The position numbers and the translations under genes are program-made. The notes under the pieces are model-generated. The model had not been told where the DNA came from. It saw only the letters and a list, made by a program, of their open reading frames with translations, and did no database searches. From the NCBI GenBank assembly GCA_035999925.1, contig DASYGI010000331.1:1-58043 (forward strand): 58,043 nucleotides of DNA, in the 5' to 3' direction. Positions 10,016 to 19,000 of the stretch are shown here, piece after piece (the stretch's first letter is position 1; each line of letters begins with the position of its first letter). The DNA is from Pedococcus sp. (GTDB taxonomy: Bacteria > Actinomycetota > Actinomycetes > Actinomycetales > Dermatophilaceae).

Positions 10016-10686
10016 GACGTGTGCTCCTCTGCGATGAGTGGATCCACCTCAGGAGCCTCCGCGGTGGCGTCAATCGGTGGAACGACACCGTGGCGGCGAA
10101 CAAGGAGGACGTGCCAGACGACGATGAAGCCGAGGACCAGCGGGAGCAGCCCGACGTGGAACAAGAGCATCTGTCCGAGGTTCGTGACGTTGAACCACGC
10201 GCCGATGCCCACAGCGTTGAGGCCGTCCTTGGCCTGGGAGGAGATCCACTGCGAGTCGAAGTTGGTCTGCACCAGATAGCCAGTGAACGCCGCGCCGATC
10301 GATGCCAGGAAGCACACCACCCCGGTGATCCACGTCATAGTGCGGCCGCCACGCCAGGCAGCCATCCAGTACTTGCCCCACAAGTGCACGACCATGAAGA
10401 CAAAGAAGAGCTCCACGCTCCACAGGTGCAGGCTGTTGACGAAATGGCCAAGCGACGAGACGTGGTACCACTGCGGACCTTCCAGGGTCAGCAACAGGCC
10501 GCTCCCGATGATGAAGACCAACGCGGCCAGCGTGGCGACACCGAAGACATAGATCCAGGAGGCGACATACTCCGGCTGCTCCTCAGGCAGAAGCTGCTCG
10601 GGAGGCATGCTCTGCAGCACGCGCTCGCGAAGTCGACCGGTCCAGGTATGAGGCCCGGTGGTCTCACCTTGGGCGCGCGTGGTCAT
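10012..10686 (-). CDS. Cytochrome b N-terminal domain protein (b6-like, four TM helices)
   Basis: His pairs LHLWS...VHLWGK (13 between) and FHVG...WHVL (14 between); TWITGV, FTGY; ends RRHGVVPPI. Confidence 0.9.
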   Translation of the reverse strand: MTTRAQGETTGPHTWTGRLRERVLQSMPPEQLLPEEQPEYVASWIYVFGVATLAALVFIIGSGLLLTLEGPQWYHVSSLGHFVNSLHLWSVELFFVFMVVHLWGKYWMAAWRGGRTMTWITGVVCFLASIGAAFTGYLVQTNFDSQWISSQAKDGLNAVGIGAWFNVTNLGQMLLFHVGLLPLVLGFIVVWHVLLVRRHGVVPPIDATAEAPEVDPLIAEEHTS

Positions 10687-10850
10687 CGCCGACCTCGAGG
10701 CTTCGGGAACGGTAGCGCCACGGCCAGAACGAACAGGACGATGATGATGGCGATCGTGACCAGGTTCCCCACGGAGATCTGCAATGGTCCCCACGTGAGG
10801 AAGTGCGCAGGCCCGTCTAGCCCGGCCGTCAGAACTCTGGTGCTAGTCAT
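10683..10850 (-). CDS. 55-aa single-TM membrane peptide (not in the ORF track)
   Basis: MTSTRVLTAGLDGPAHFLTWGPLQISVGNLVTIAIIIVLFVLAVALPFPKPRGRR*; GAAAGGG RBS; TGA overlaps the cytochrome b ATG. Confidence 0.8.
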   Translation of the reverse strand: MTSTRVLTAGLDGPAHFLTWGPLQISVGNLVTIAIIIVLFVLAVALPFPKPRGRR

Positions 10851-10918
10851 GGAGGACGTACCCTTTCAACCGATGTGTGACCTGGACCGAACCTAGGCGG
10901 GGCCCGATCTGGCGGGCA

Positions 10919-10932
10919 GGGCATAAGGTCCC
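10919..10932. promoter_or_regulatory. DosR-like box
   Basis: GGGCA-TAAG-GTCCC upstream of the cytochrome b operon. Confidence 0.7.
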
Positions 10933-10954
10933 CCTTTCTGAGCGGGCGGGTCTG

Positions 10955-13570
10955 TCAGTGCGACCGGCTCGGACCTGGACGGGTCGGCCCCGCAACGCTG
11001 AACCGAGCCGCGCGCCGGTGGACACTGTGTGAGTGCCGCCGCCGAGGCAGACGAGGCGTCGCGGTCGTCGGCTCACCCTTGAAGAACACCTTCTTGCCCA
11101 GCTCGACGAGGACGAGATACGCCAGGACCATTCCCGCCAACGCGGCGTAGAACGCGCCTGGCGGCCGCGCGAAGCCGAGCAGATGAGCTAGCGGTGTCAG
11201 CGGCAGGCTCGCCGCCGCGGCCACGACGGCCCAGGTGGCCACGGTCAAGGGGGTGCTGGGTCGGCTGCGCAGGAAAGGGATCCGTCGGGTGCGAATCGCG
11301 AAGATCACAAGCGACTGGGTCGCCAGTGACTCGGCGAACCACCCGGACCGGAACAGGTCGGCTCCTGCGTGCAGGGGTCCGAGCATGATGGCGAACGTCA
11401 TGAAGTCGAACAGGGAGCTGAGCGGCCCGAAGAACAGCATGAAGCGACGGATGAATGAGATGTCCCAGTGGGAGGGGCGACGCAGCTGTTCCTCGTCGAC
11501 GTTGTCGGTGGGGATGGTCAGCTGTCCTGCGTCGTAGAGCACGTTGTTGAGCAGGATCTGAGACGGAAGCATCGGGAGGAAGGGCAGGATGCCGGAGGCA
11601 GCCGCCGCGCTGAACATGTTCCCGAAGTTGCTTGACGTACCCATCAGCACGTACTTGATGGTGTTGGCGAAGATGCGTCGCCCCTCGGCGACCCCGTCCG
11701 CCAGGACGTCCAGGCTCTTCTCCAGCAGCAGGATGTCGGCGGCGTCCTTGGCGACATCGGTCGCGGTGTCGACTGAGATGCCGATGTCGGCCTGGTGCAA
11801 CGCCAGGGCGTCGTTGACGCCATCGCCCAGAAACCCCACAGCGTGCCCGCGGTGACGCAGGGCCCTGATGATGCGGGCCTTCTGTTCCGGTGAGATCCGG
11901 GCGAAGAGGTTGCAGCCAGTGACCCCCACCGTGAGCTCCGCGTCGGAGAGCGCATCGATCTGCGTGCCGTTCAGGGGCTTGCCCACGTCCAGGCCCAGCT
12001 CGCTGCACAGTCGAACCGCCACCTCGAGGCTGTCACCAGTGGCGATCTTGACCTGCACTCCGAGCGACGAAAGTCGCCGCAGGGCCCGGGCGGCATCGGG
12101 TTTCGGAGGGTCCTGGAAGACGAGAAAGCCGACCAGCTCTAGGCCGCTCTCGTCGGTGGCGGCCGGAACTGTGATGGCACCTGCTACCCGCCGAGCGACG
12201 GCGATCACCCTGCTGCCTTGCTCGTAGAGCGAGGCAAGGGTCTGCTGGGCCGTGGTTGAGACGTCGATGCAGGCCGCGAGGACGGACTCGGCCGCTCCCT
12301 TGACCACGAGCAGGTGAGACCCGTCGGGCGCCTTGACGACGACGGAGGTCATTCGTCTCGTGTGGTCGAACGGAAGCTCGCCAAGTCGGCTGTAGCCAGC
12401 TGTGGCGTCAGCGGGCATGGCCTGCCACAGCGCAGTGTCCAACGGGTTGCCGCCCACGATGGTCCCACCGGTCTGCTCGACGTCACAGGCGAGCAGACCC
12501 ATGAGTGCCGCCTTCGGGCAGGATTCGCCGGTCGGGTCGACTGCCTCGAGAAAGGTGAGAGCGCCAGCGGTCAGGGTCCCGGTCTTGTCCGTGACGAGGA
12601 CGTCCATGTCGCCGAGGTCCTCGATGCACACGAGGCGCTTGACGAGCACCTTTCGACGGGCCAGCTGACGCGAACCGGATGCCAGGCTCGTGCTGACGAT
12701 GGCCGGAAGCAGCTGGGGGGTGATTCCCACTGCAATCGCCAGGGAGAACAAGACGGCGTCGATCACGGGACGGCGCAACAGGATGTTGGTCACCAAGATC
12801 AAGATCGTGAGTACGATCGCCACCTTCAGGAGGAGGCCCGAGAACTGCCGCAGCCCGGCCTGGAAGTCGGTCTCGGGCTGGCGCTCGCCAAGTCCCGCCG
12901 CGATCCGGCCGAACTCCGTCGCAGCGCCGGTGGCCACCACCACGCCCGTGCCGGCCCCCGCGTGCACGACGGTCCCCATCCAGGCCATCGACGTCATGTC
13001 GGCCAGCGCCGCCTGCTCGTCCGCAGGGCCGGCGTCCTTCTCCACGGGGAGAGACTCACCCGTCAGGACCGCTTCGTCGCACTCAAGGTTGATCGTCTCC
13101 AGCAGGCGCAGGTCAGCAGGCACGATGCCACCGAGGCTCAGGTGGACCAGATCGCCCGGCACGAGCTGTACGACGTCGACCTTGCGCGGCTTGCCCTCAC
13201 GCGTGACGACCACGGTGTGGCGAATCGCCGAGTGCAGGGCCTGGCTGGCCCTCTCGGCGCGGTACTCGTTGCCGAACCCGAGGCCGACGCTCGCCAGAAG
13301 GATCCCAGCGATGACGACCGCGTTGGTCTGGTCCCCGACCGCGAACGACACTCCCGCAGTGACGAATAGCAACAGCAGGAGCGGACTTCGGAGCTGCCTG
13401 GCCAGTACCGGCCAGACCCGCGCCCCGTGGTCACGTAGGGCGTTCGGGCCGTAGGCCGTCAGTCGCGCGGCTGCGTCCTTCTCACTCAGGCCGAAGGTGG
13501 CGTCGCTGATCTGAGCGAAGACGACCGCGGTGGCCTCCGAGCGCGCGGCGGTCTGCGTGTCCACGCCCAT
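10955..13570 (-). CDS. mgtA: Magnesium-translocating P-type ATPase (P3B type)
   Basis: TGES, DKTGTLT, GDGVND, MgtA-type SSNFGNMFS and NNVLYD; TM4 ITPQLLP. Confidence 0.85.
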   Translation of the reverse strand: MGVDTQTAARSEATAVVFAQISDATFGLSEKDAAARLTAYGPNALRDHGARVWPVLARQLRSPLLLLLFVTAGVSFAVGDQTNAVVIAGILLASVGLGFGNEYRAERASQALHSAIRHTVVVTREGKPRKVDVVQLVPGDLVHLSLGGIVPADLRLLETINLECDEAVLTGESLPVEKDAGPADEQAALADMTSMAWMGTVVHAGAGTGVVVATGAATEFGRIAAGLGERQPETDFQAGLRQFSGLLLKVAIVLTILILVTNILLRRPVIDAVLFSLAIAVGITPQLLPAIVSTSLASGSRQLARRKVLVKRLVCIEDLGDMDVLVTDKTGTLTAGALTFLEAVDPTGESCPKAALMGLLACDVEQTGGTIVGGNPLDTALWQAMPADATAGYSRLGELPFDHTRRMTSVVVKAPDGSHLLVVKGAAESVLAACIDVSTTAQQTLASLYEQGSRVIAVARRVAGAITVPAATDESGLELVGFLVFQDPPKPDAARALRRLSSLGVQVKIATGDSLEVAVRLCSELGLDVGKPLNGTQIDALSDAELTVGVTGCNLFARISPEQKARIIRALRHRGHAVGFLGDGVNDALALHQADIGISVDTATDVAKDAADILLLEKSLDVLADGVAEGRRIFANTIKYVLMGTSSNFGNMFSAAAASGILPFLPMLPSQILLNNVLYDAGQLTIPTDNVDEEQLRRPSHWDISFIRRFMLFFGPLSSLFDFMTFAIMLGPLHAGADLFRSGWFAESLATQSLVIFAIRTRRIPFLRSRPSTPLTVATWAVVAAAASLPLTPLAHLLGFARPPGAFYAALAGMVLAYLVLVELGKKVFFKGEPTTATPRLPRRRHSHSVHRRAARFSVAGPTRPGPSRSH

Positions 13571-13625
13571 CCCTCTCGTTGACGCCGGGATATCGAGTGT
13601 GAGCTGTCGTCACGGTCCCGCGACA

Positions 13626-13675
13626 GGGCCGAAGGTCCCCAACTGTGCACCGGGTGCCTTCGGGACCTTCGCCCC
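13626..13675. promoter_or_regulatory. Two DosR-like boxes in a divergent promoter
   Basis: GGGCC-GAAG-GTCCC (13626-13639) and GGGAC-CTTC-GCCCC (13662-13675). Confidence 0.8.
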
Positions 13676-13711
13676 TATCGGTCCAGCTCTCCGGAGCTTG
13701 CACTGGAGCAC

Positions 13712-14170
13712 ATGACTCATTCCAGCGCTCCAGACTCGGGCACGGAAACGCGCCAGATCGAGATCCACGAGGCGCTCGCCCTGCTGCGCTCGGTTCCCGT
13801 CGGGAGGCTGGCCGTCGTGGTCGACGATGCGCCGGACATCTTCCCGGTCAACCATATGGTGGATCAGGGAACGATCGTGTTCCGCACGGCTGCCGGAACC
13901 AAGCTTTCGGCAGCCGATGGTCGACAGGTGGCCTTCGAGGTGGACGGCTACGACGTCGCCGCCGGTGAGGCGTGGAGCGTCGTCGCGCACGGCATTGGAC
14001 GCGTGGTCTACGACACGGACGAAGCCATCGAGGCCCTTGGCCTACCGATCTTTCCCTGGCAAAGCGGTGCCAAGCCCCAGGTCGTCCGGCTTACCCCGGT
14101 CACCATCACGGGGCGGCGCTTCCGGGTCTCCGGTGGGTTCCGCGACCAGGCGACCACTGCCACGACCTGA
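13712..14170 (+). CDS. Pyridoxamine 5'-phosphate oxidase-like flavin-binding protein
   Basis: VGRLA...PDIFPVNH...IVFRT...VAFEVD...WSVV...ITGRRF. Confidence 0.9.
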   Translation: MTHSSAPDSGTETRQIEIHEALALLRSVPVGRLAVVVDDAPDIFPVNHMVDQGTIVFRTAAGTKLSAADGRQVAFEVDGYDVAAGEAWSVVAHGIGRVVYDTDEAIEALGLPIFPWQSGAKPQVVRLTPVTITGRRFRVSGGFRDQATTATT

Positions 14171-14194
14171 GGCGAACGATCTGAGGCGGCCGCG

Positions 14195-14236
14195 CACGAC
14201 GGACCGGGTCTCATTCACGACGGACCGGGTCTCATT
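14195..14236. repeat. 21-bp perfect tandem duplication spanning a stop codon
   Basis: CACGACGGACCGGGTCTCATT at 14195-14215 and 14216-14236. Confidence 0.95.
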
Positions 14237-14489
14237 CGCCGCGCAGGACAGCTCGCTGTCGGGCCAAGGACTCTGCGTCGATCTCGCCGCGCGCGTACCG
14301 CAGCTCGAGCTCCTCCTCCGCGGCGCTGGGTGGCGACTCCGGCTGGCCAGGGGGTGTGCGGTCGCCTTGGCCTCGGGCCGGGTACATGGCATTGATCGCC
14401 AACACCAGGACGACCACGAGGGCGATGGTCAGGACCCCCATGACGACCAACATGGGGCCTCCTGGCCCGGAATCTGCCCAGTCCATCAT
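14232..14489 (-). CDS. SHOCT domain membrane protein
   Basis: One TM, then AEEELELRYARGEIDAE; GAGGTGA RBS. Confidence 0.85.
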   Translation of the reverse strand: MMDWADSGPGGPMLVVMGVLTIALVVVLVLAINAMYPARGQGDRTPPGQPESPPSAAEEELELRYARGEIDAESLARQRAVLRGE

Positions 14490-14565
14490 CGGACTCACCT
14501 CGTTTAGTAGTTGATGGCTTCAGCCGGGATAGCTTCAGCATCACGGACGTGCCGGAAGCCCAGGG

Positions 14566-14579
14566 GTGTCGAAGGTCCC
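14566..14579. promoter_or_regulatory. DosR-like box
   Basis: GTGTC-GAAG-GTCCC upstream of the SHOCT gene. Confidence 0.55.
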
Positions 14580-14618
14580 GCCTCTCCAGAGGTGGACACG
14601 CCCCCGGTGGCCCGTCAG

Positions 14619-14646
14619 GTTGCGGGAACTACGTTGCGGGAACTAC
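14619..14646. repeat. 14-bp perfect tandem duplication at a USP 3' end
   Basis: GTTGCGGGAACTAC at 14619-14632 and 14633-14646. Confidence 0.95.
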
Positions 14647-15063
14647 GACGACCCGGCATCCAGAGTGCGCCCGGCAGTAGGCAGCGACTTCGTGGGTGGG
14701 GCCGGCGCCCGGCGCGTCCGGTCCCACCACCAGGGCCATCGCCATGAGGCTGCGGCGAACGAGTAGCTCGCCGGGGTCGCCTGCTGGCGCCTCGAAGGTG
14801 GCCTGCACCCTGGGGCGGCCGTGGAGGGCCCGCAAGGCCGTTCCGAAGGTGGCAGCCTCCGCATCGGCGCGTTCGTGGTCGTCGAGCCCCTCTGGGAGCA
14901 CCTGGACGAAACGCACGCGGCCCTCGAGCTCACGGGCGAGGCGCACTGCAGTCTCCGCGACGAGCGTGGCTGAACCGTCGTTGACGATTCCCGCCACGAC
15001 CTCGGGGGGCGGCAGGGGACCGAAAGGGCGGGTACGCGGCGCAGATGCGGAGCTGGGGATCAC
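14629..15063 (-). CDS. Divergent single-domain universal stress protein (start uncertain)
   Basis: VVAGIVNDGS...GDPGELLV...LVVG...HSGCRVVVVP; ATP motif degenerate. Confidence 0.7.
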   Translation of the reverse strand: MIPSSASAPRTRPFGPLPPPEVVAGIVNDGSATLVAETAVRLARELEGRVRFVQVLPEGLDDHERADAEAATFGTALRALHGRPRVQATFEAPAGDPGELLVRRSLMAMALVVGPDAPGAGPTHEVAAYCRAHSGCRVVVVPAT

Positions 15064-15098
15064 CTCTTGAGCATGGGCGGAACCGCGACGACGGGCAT

Positions 15099-15112
15099 GG
15101 GCCAGAGGTCCC
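15099..15112. promoter_or_regulatory. DosR-like box between the USP and the sensor kinase
   Basis: GGGCC-AGAG-GTCCC. Confidence 0.75.
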
Positions 15113-15182
15113 TGCTTGTCCCTGCCGAGGACCAGCGGGTTGACCAAGGCTGGGGCGCCCCTCGGCTGGCAGGCCTATTCTC

Positions 15183-16940
15183 GTGGGCGTGGGTGTCGAC
15201 GAGCAGAGCCAGGGGCGGTGGGCCGACAGCGCCTCGCTCGACGTCGACGACCTCATGGAGGAGCTCCGGGCGCGGGCCGGCGCTGCGCGCCGCTCGCACG
15301 AACAGCTCGAGGCCCTGTTGGACGCGGTCACCGCCATCAGTGCGAACCTTGAGCTGCCTGTCGTGCTGGGTCGCATCGTGCGTTCTGCCTGCGCGCTGGT
15401 CAACGCCCGATATGGAGCACTCGGTGTGCTGAGCCCTGATGGCGAGCACCTGGTCGAGTTCGTGACTCACGGACTCAGCCCCGAGGAACGGGCGCGCATC
15501 GGCGAGCCGCCCCGCGGGCACGGCATACTGGGCCTGCTCATCCGCGACCCACGGCCACGGCGGCTGGCGGACATCGGAGCGCACCCGGACTCCTACGGCT
15601 TCCCCCCGAACCACCCGCCGATGCGCAGTTTCCTGGGCGCGCCGATCAGGATCCGCGACGAGGTGTTCGGCAATCTCTATATGGCCGAACGCCACGGCGG
15701 ATCGGACTTCTCAGAGGCCGACGAAGCCATGCTGGTCGCGTTGGCCTCGGCAGCCGGGTTCGCCATCGACAACGCCCGCCTGTACGAACGCAGCCAGCGA
15801 CAGCGGGAATGGGAACAGGCACTCAGCCAACTGACCAGGAGGCTGCTGGAGAGCCCATCCGAGGAGGCGGCGTTCTCCCCGATGGTGGAACGGGTCTGCG
15901 AGCTGGCGTCCGCACAGCTGTGCGCCATTGCCATGCCGGGCGCGGAGGGCGGCTGGTCGATCCGGGCCCTGCACCGTCGCGACGACTCCACGAAGACGGA
16001 GACGGAGACGCATGCCACGTCGCACCGCACGTGGCCCTCCCTGCAGGGGGCGCACTGGGCTGAGATTCTCGGCTCGGGCGAGGAGCTACTCCTGATGCCC
16101 GGCAAGGACCCGGGCGTATCGCAGCGCGCCGCCTCGGATCTGGCGGCGGGGGGTGGCCTGCCCGTCGCCGGGCCGACGGCCGTCCTCCCACTGGCTGCGG
16201 GGCAAGGTGCCATTGGGCATCTGCTGCTGCAGTGGGGCCCCGACGAGGGGGACGTCGCCTCACAGGCGATGCCGGCGCTGTCCGCCTTCGCCCAGCAAAT
16301 TGCCCTTGGCCTTGTCGCTTCTCGCGCCCATCACGACAAGACCCTGCTCGCCATGCTCGAGGATCGAGACCGCATCGCTCGGGACATGCACGACCTGGTC
16401 ATCCAGAGGTTGTTCGCCACAGGGCTGTCCCTGCAGGCCGCGGGGCGGTTCGCCGTCCACCCGGTCGTCCAGAGCCGGCTCGACGAGGCCGTCGAGAGCC
16501 TGGACGCGACGATCAAGGAGATCCGCTCGACGATCTTCGACCTCCATACCAAGTCGACGACGGCCGACCTCGAGTCCCAGCTGCGCGAGCTCCTCCAGTC
16601 GTTCGTCCCAAGCCTTGGTTACGCCCCCGCGCTGACCATCGCGGGGGAGTTGGAGCGTCTCGATGCAGCCGTTGCGGTCGACGTGCTGGCGGTGGTGCGG
16701 GAAGGGATCTCGAACGTGTCCCGCCATGCCAGCGCGTCGGCCTCGGAGGTCCAGGTCACCGTGGCTGAGTCGTTGGAGGTAGTCATCCGTGATGACGGGA
16801 AGGGCATTGGCGCCGTGCGCCGACGCAGCGGCCTGGCCAACCTCGAGCGCAGAGCCACTGCGTGGTCGGGGTCGTTCGTCGTCGAGCCGGTCGAGCCATC
16901 CGGGACCCGGCTGAGCTGGACAGTTCCCCTGCAGCCGTGA
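15183..16940 (+). CDS. dosS: DosS/DosT-like heme-GAF sensor histidine kinase
   Basis: GFPPNHPPMRSFLG...RDEVFGNLY (GAF-A); DRDRIARDMHDLVIQRLFA H-box; SNVSRHA, DDGKG, SGLANL. Confidence 0.9.
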   Translation: MGVGVDEQSQGRWADSASLDVDDLMEELRARAGAARRSHEQLEALLDAVTAISANLELPVVLGRIVRSACALVNARYGALGVLSPDGEHLVEFVTHGLSPEERARIGEPPRGHGILGLLIRDPRPRRLADIGAHPDSYGFPPNHPPMRSFLGAPIRIRDEVFGNLYMAERHGGSDFSEADEAMLVALASAAGFAIDNARLYERSQRQREWEQALSQLTRRLLESPSEEAAFSPMVERVCELASAQLCAIAMPGAEGGWSIRALHRRDDSTKTETETHATSHRTWPSLQGAHWAEILGSGEELLLMPGKDPGVSQRAASDLAAGGGLPVAGPTAVLPLAAGQGAIGHLLLQWGPDEGDVASQAMPALSAFAQQIALGLVASRAHHDKTLLAMLEDRDRIARDMHDLVIQRLFATGLSLQAAGRFAVHPVVQSRLDEAVESLDATIKEIRSTIFDLHTKSTTADLESQLRELLQSFVPSLGYAPALTIAGELERLDAAVAVDVLAVVREGISNVSRHASASASEVQVTVAESLEVVIRDDGKGIGAVRRRSGLANLERRATAWSGSFVVEPVEPSGTRLSWTVPLQP

Positions 16941-16946
16941 CGAGCC

Positions 16947-16960
16947 GGGACCTTCGGCCC
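16947..16960. promoter_or_regulatory. DosR-like box upstream of dosR (autoregulation)
   Basis: GGGAC-CTTC-GGCCC. Confidence 0.8.
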
Positions 16961-17031
16961 TGCCCGACGGGGCCGCCCCGCCTCTATGGTCGGGCCCACG
17001 ATGTCGCCCTGCGGGGCCCAGGAGACAGTGA

Positions 17032-17685
17032 GTGACCGTGGTGATCAGAGTTTTTCTGTTGGACGACCACGAGATCGTCCGCCGGGGTCTGCGTGAGCTC
17101 CTCGAGGCCAGCACCGGCTTCGAGGTGGTCGGCGAGTCCGGCCTCGCCCAGGAGGCCGCGCGGCGCATTCCCGCCCTTCGGCCGGATGTGGCGGTGTTCG
17201 ACGTGCGGCTGCCGGACGGATCCGGCATCGAAGCCTGCAGACAGGTCCGATCGGTCGATCCGTCGATCAAGGGACTCATCCTCACCTCCTTCGACGACCA
17301 GCAGGCCTTGGCCACCGCGGTGCTTGCGGGAGCGTCGGGCTTCCTGCTCAAGGACATCAAGGGCAACGGACTGGTGGAGGCGATCCGGCGGGTCGCGGCG
17401 GGGGACGACCTGCTGGATACGGACAAGGCCCGAAGGCTACGGGCGACCTGGGCCGAGGGGGACGACACCGACCCACGGTTGCGCACGTTGAGCCCTCAGG
17501 AGCGTCGAATCCTCGACCATGTGGCGGCCGGCATGACCAACCGCCAGATCGGGGACGCGATGTCGCTGGCAGAGAAGACCGTGAAGAACTACGTGACGTC
17601 GGTGCTGGCCAAGCTGGGTATGGAGCGCCGTACCCAGGCCGCGGTGTATGCCGCGACTCACCAGCATCACAAGCCGGTCAGCTGA
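17032..17685 (+). CDS. dosR: DosR/DevR-like NarL-family response regulator
   Basis: DDHEIVRRGL, RPDVAVFDVRLPDG, LAEKTVKNYV..VLAKLGMERRTQAAV. Confidence 0.92.
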   Translation: MTVVIRVFLLDDHEIVRRGLRELLEASTGFEVVGESGLAQEAARRIPALRPDVAVFDVRLPDGSGIEACRQVRSVDPSIKGLILTSFDDQQALATAVLAGASGFLLKDIKGNGLVEAIRRVAAGDDLLDTDKARRLRATWAEGDDTDPRLRTLSPQERRILDHVAAGMTNRQIGDAMSLAEKTVKNYVTSVLAKLGMERRTQAAVYAATHQHHKPVS

Positions 17686-17728
17686 CCGGGGCTTAGGCGT
17701 GCGACCGAGGCCCGGCGTGGACGCGCAG

Positions 17729-17754
17729 GCGGCCTACGCAAGCGGCCTACGCAA
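17729..17754. repeat. 13-bp perfect tandem duplication spanning a stop codon
   Basis: GCGGCCTACGCAA at 17729-17741 and 17742-17754. Confidence 0.95.
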
Positions 17755-19000
17755 GCCCTAGTGCTCGCGCTTCCTCCCACAGCTCCGCTCGGACCGACGG
17801 GTGGGCCGCGTGTTCGATCAGCTGGTGCGCCTGTGAGTGCTCGTCGTTGCCCCAGATCTCGGCGACACCCTGCTCGGTGATGACCGCTGTGTGCTGAAAC
17901 GAGGTAACGGGCTCGTCGATCATGGCGACAATCGTGGACGTGGCAGCCTTCGGGTGCCATGACTGCAAGGCCATCAGCGCCTGCCCACCGGGGGCGTGCA
18001 GTGCACCCTCGATGAAGTCGATCTGACCACCGAATCCGGAGTGGATCCGCCCGCCGATCCGACAGGCGTTGGCCTGACCGAAGAGGTCCACCTGGAGTGC
18101 CGTGTTGACACTGACCATCGCCGGATTGCGTGCAATAAGGGCTGGGTCGTTGGTCGTCTCGGTGCGGAGCACCTGCAGGCGCTCGTTGCGGTCCGCCCAT
18201 TTGTACAGCTGCGACGATCCCATCACGAACGAGGCAACGATCCTCCGATCCGCGCTCAGGGCCCCAGCCTGGTCCAGGGCCATCACCCCGTCGGAGATCA
18301 TCTCGCTCCAGATCCCCAGGTCGCGGCGCTCCAAGAGGCCGGGCAGCACGGAGTCCGGGACCCGGCCGATGCCGAGCTGGAGGACCGAACCGTCCTGAAT
18401 ACGGTCAGACACCACGGCGCCCAACCGGTCGAGCGCGGCCGCCTGAAGGGGCATGGCGCGCTGGCAGGCCTCAGCGGCGTCGGCGAGGGGCCGCTCTGCC
18501 CATACCGATGCGTCGAAGCTCGACATCGGGAGCTCTGCGTCTCCGAAGGTGTACGGCATGGCCGGGTTGAGCTGCGCCAGCACCAGCGCACCTCTCGCGT
18601 GGGCAGCCTCGATGGCCGCGGGCAGGATGTTGACCTCCGTACCCAGGCTGACCATGCCGCCCGACGGCGCCGACGTCTGGACGCACACGACATCGGGTTG
18701 GGTGGCTGCGGTGAAGAGCTGCGGGACCTGCGATAGCCGGGACGGGATGTACCTCAGCGTGGAGAGCCGGCGCATCCCCGGTCCCACGAAGGGGGACTCG
18801 TGCACGATCCCGGGCCTGGTGGGTATGCCGGGCGGTGCGTTGAGCATGAACAGGTGGTACTGCTCAAGGGACCGGTCAACCAGGGCCAGCAGCTCCCAGG
18901 GGACGGCGGCGTTCCCACCCACGACCACGCGCGGTGACGGCCCCACTGACCGACCGTAAGTACGCACGAGGGCCTCCGACACCGTCCGTGTCGGGGGCAT
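17747..19000 (-). CDS. Acetyl-CoA hydrolase/transferase (4-hydroxybutyrate CoA-transferase-like)
   Basis: LQLGIG, WSEMISDG, SGFGGQIDF..GA, VITEQGVA, AHP. Confidence 0.9.
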   Translation of the reverse strand: MPPTRTVSEALVRTYGRSVGPSPRVVVGGNAAVPWELLALVDRSLEQYHLFMLNAPPGIPTRPGIVHESPFVGPGMRRLSTLRYIPSRLSQVPQLFTAATQPDVVCVQTSAPSGGMVSLGTEVNILPAAIEAAHARGALVLAQLNPAMPYTFGDAELPMSSFDASVWAERPLADAAEACQRAMPLQAAALDRLGAVVSDRIQDGSVLQLGIGRVPDSVLPGLLERRDLGIWSEMISDGVMALDQAGALSADRRIVASFVMGSSQLYKWADRNERLQVLRTETTNDPALIARNPAMVSVNTALQVDLFGQANACRIGGRIHSGFGGQIDFIEGALHAPGGQALMALQSWHPKAATSTIVAMIDEPVTSFQHTAVITEQGVAEIWGNDEHSQAHQLIEHAAHPSVRAELWEEARALGLA

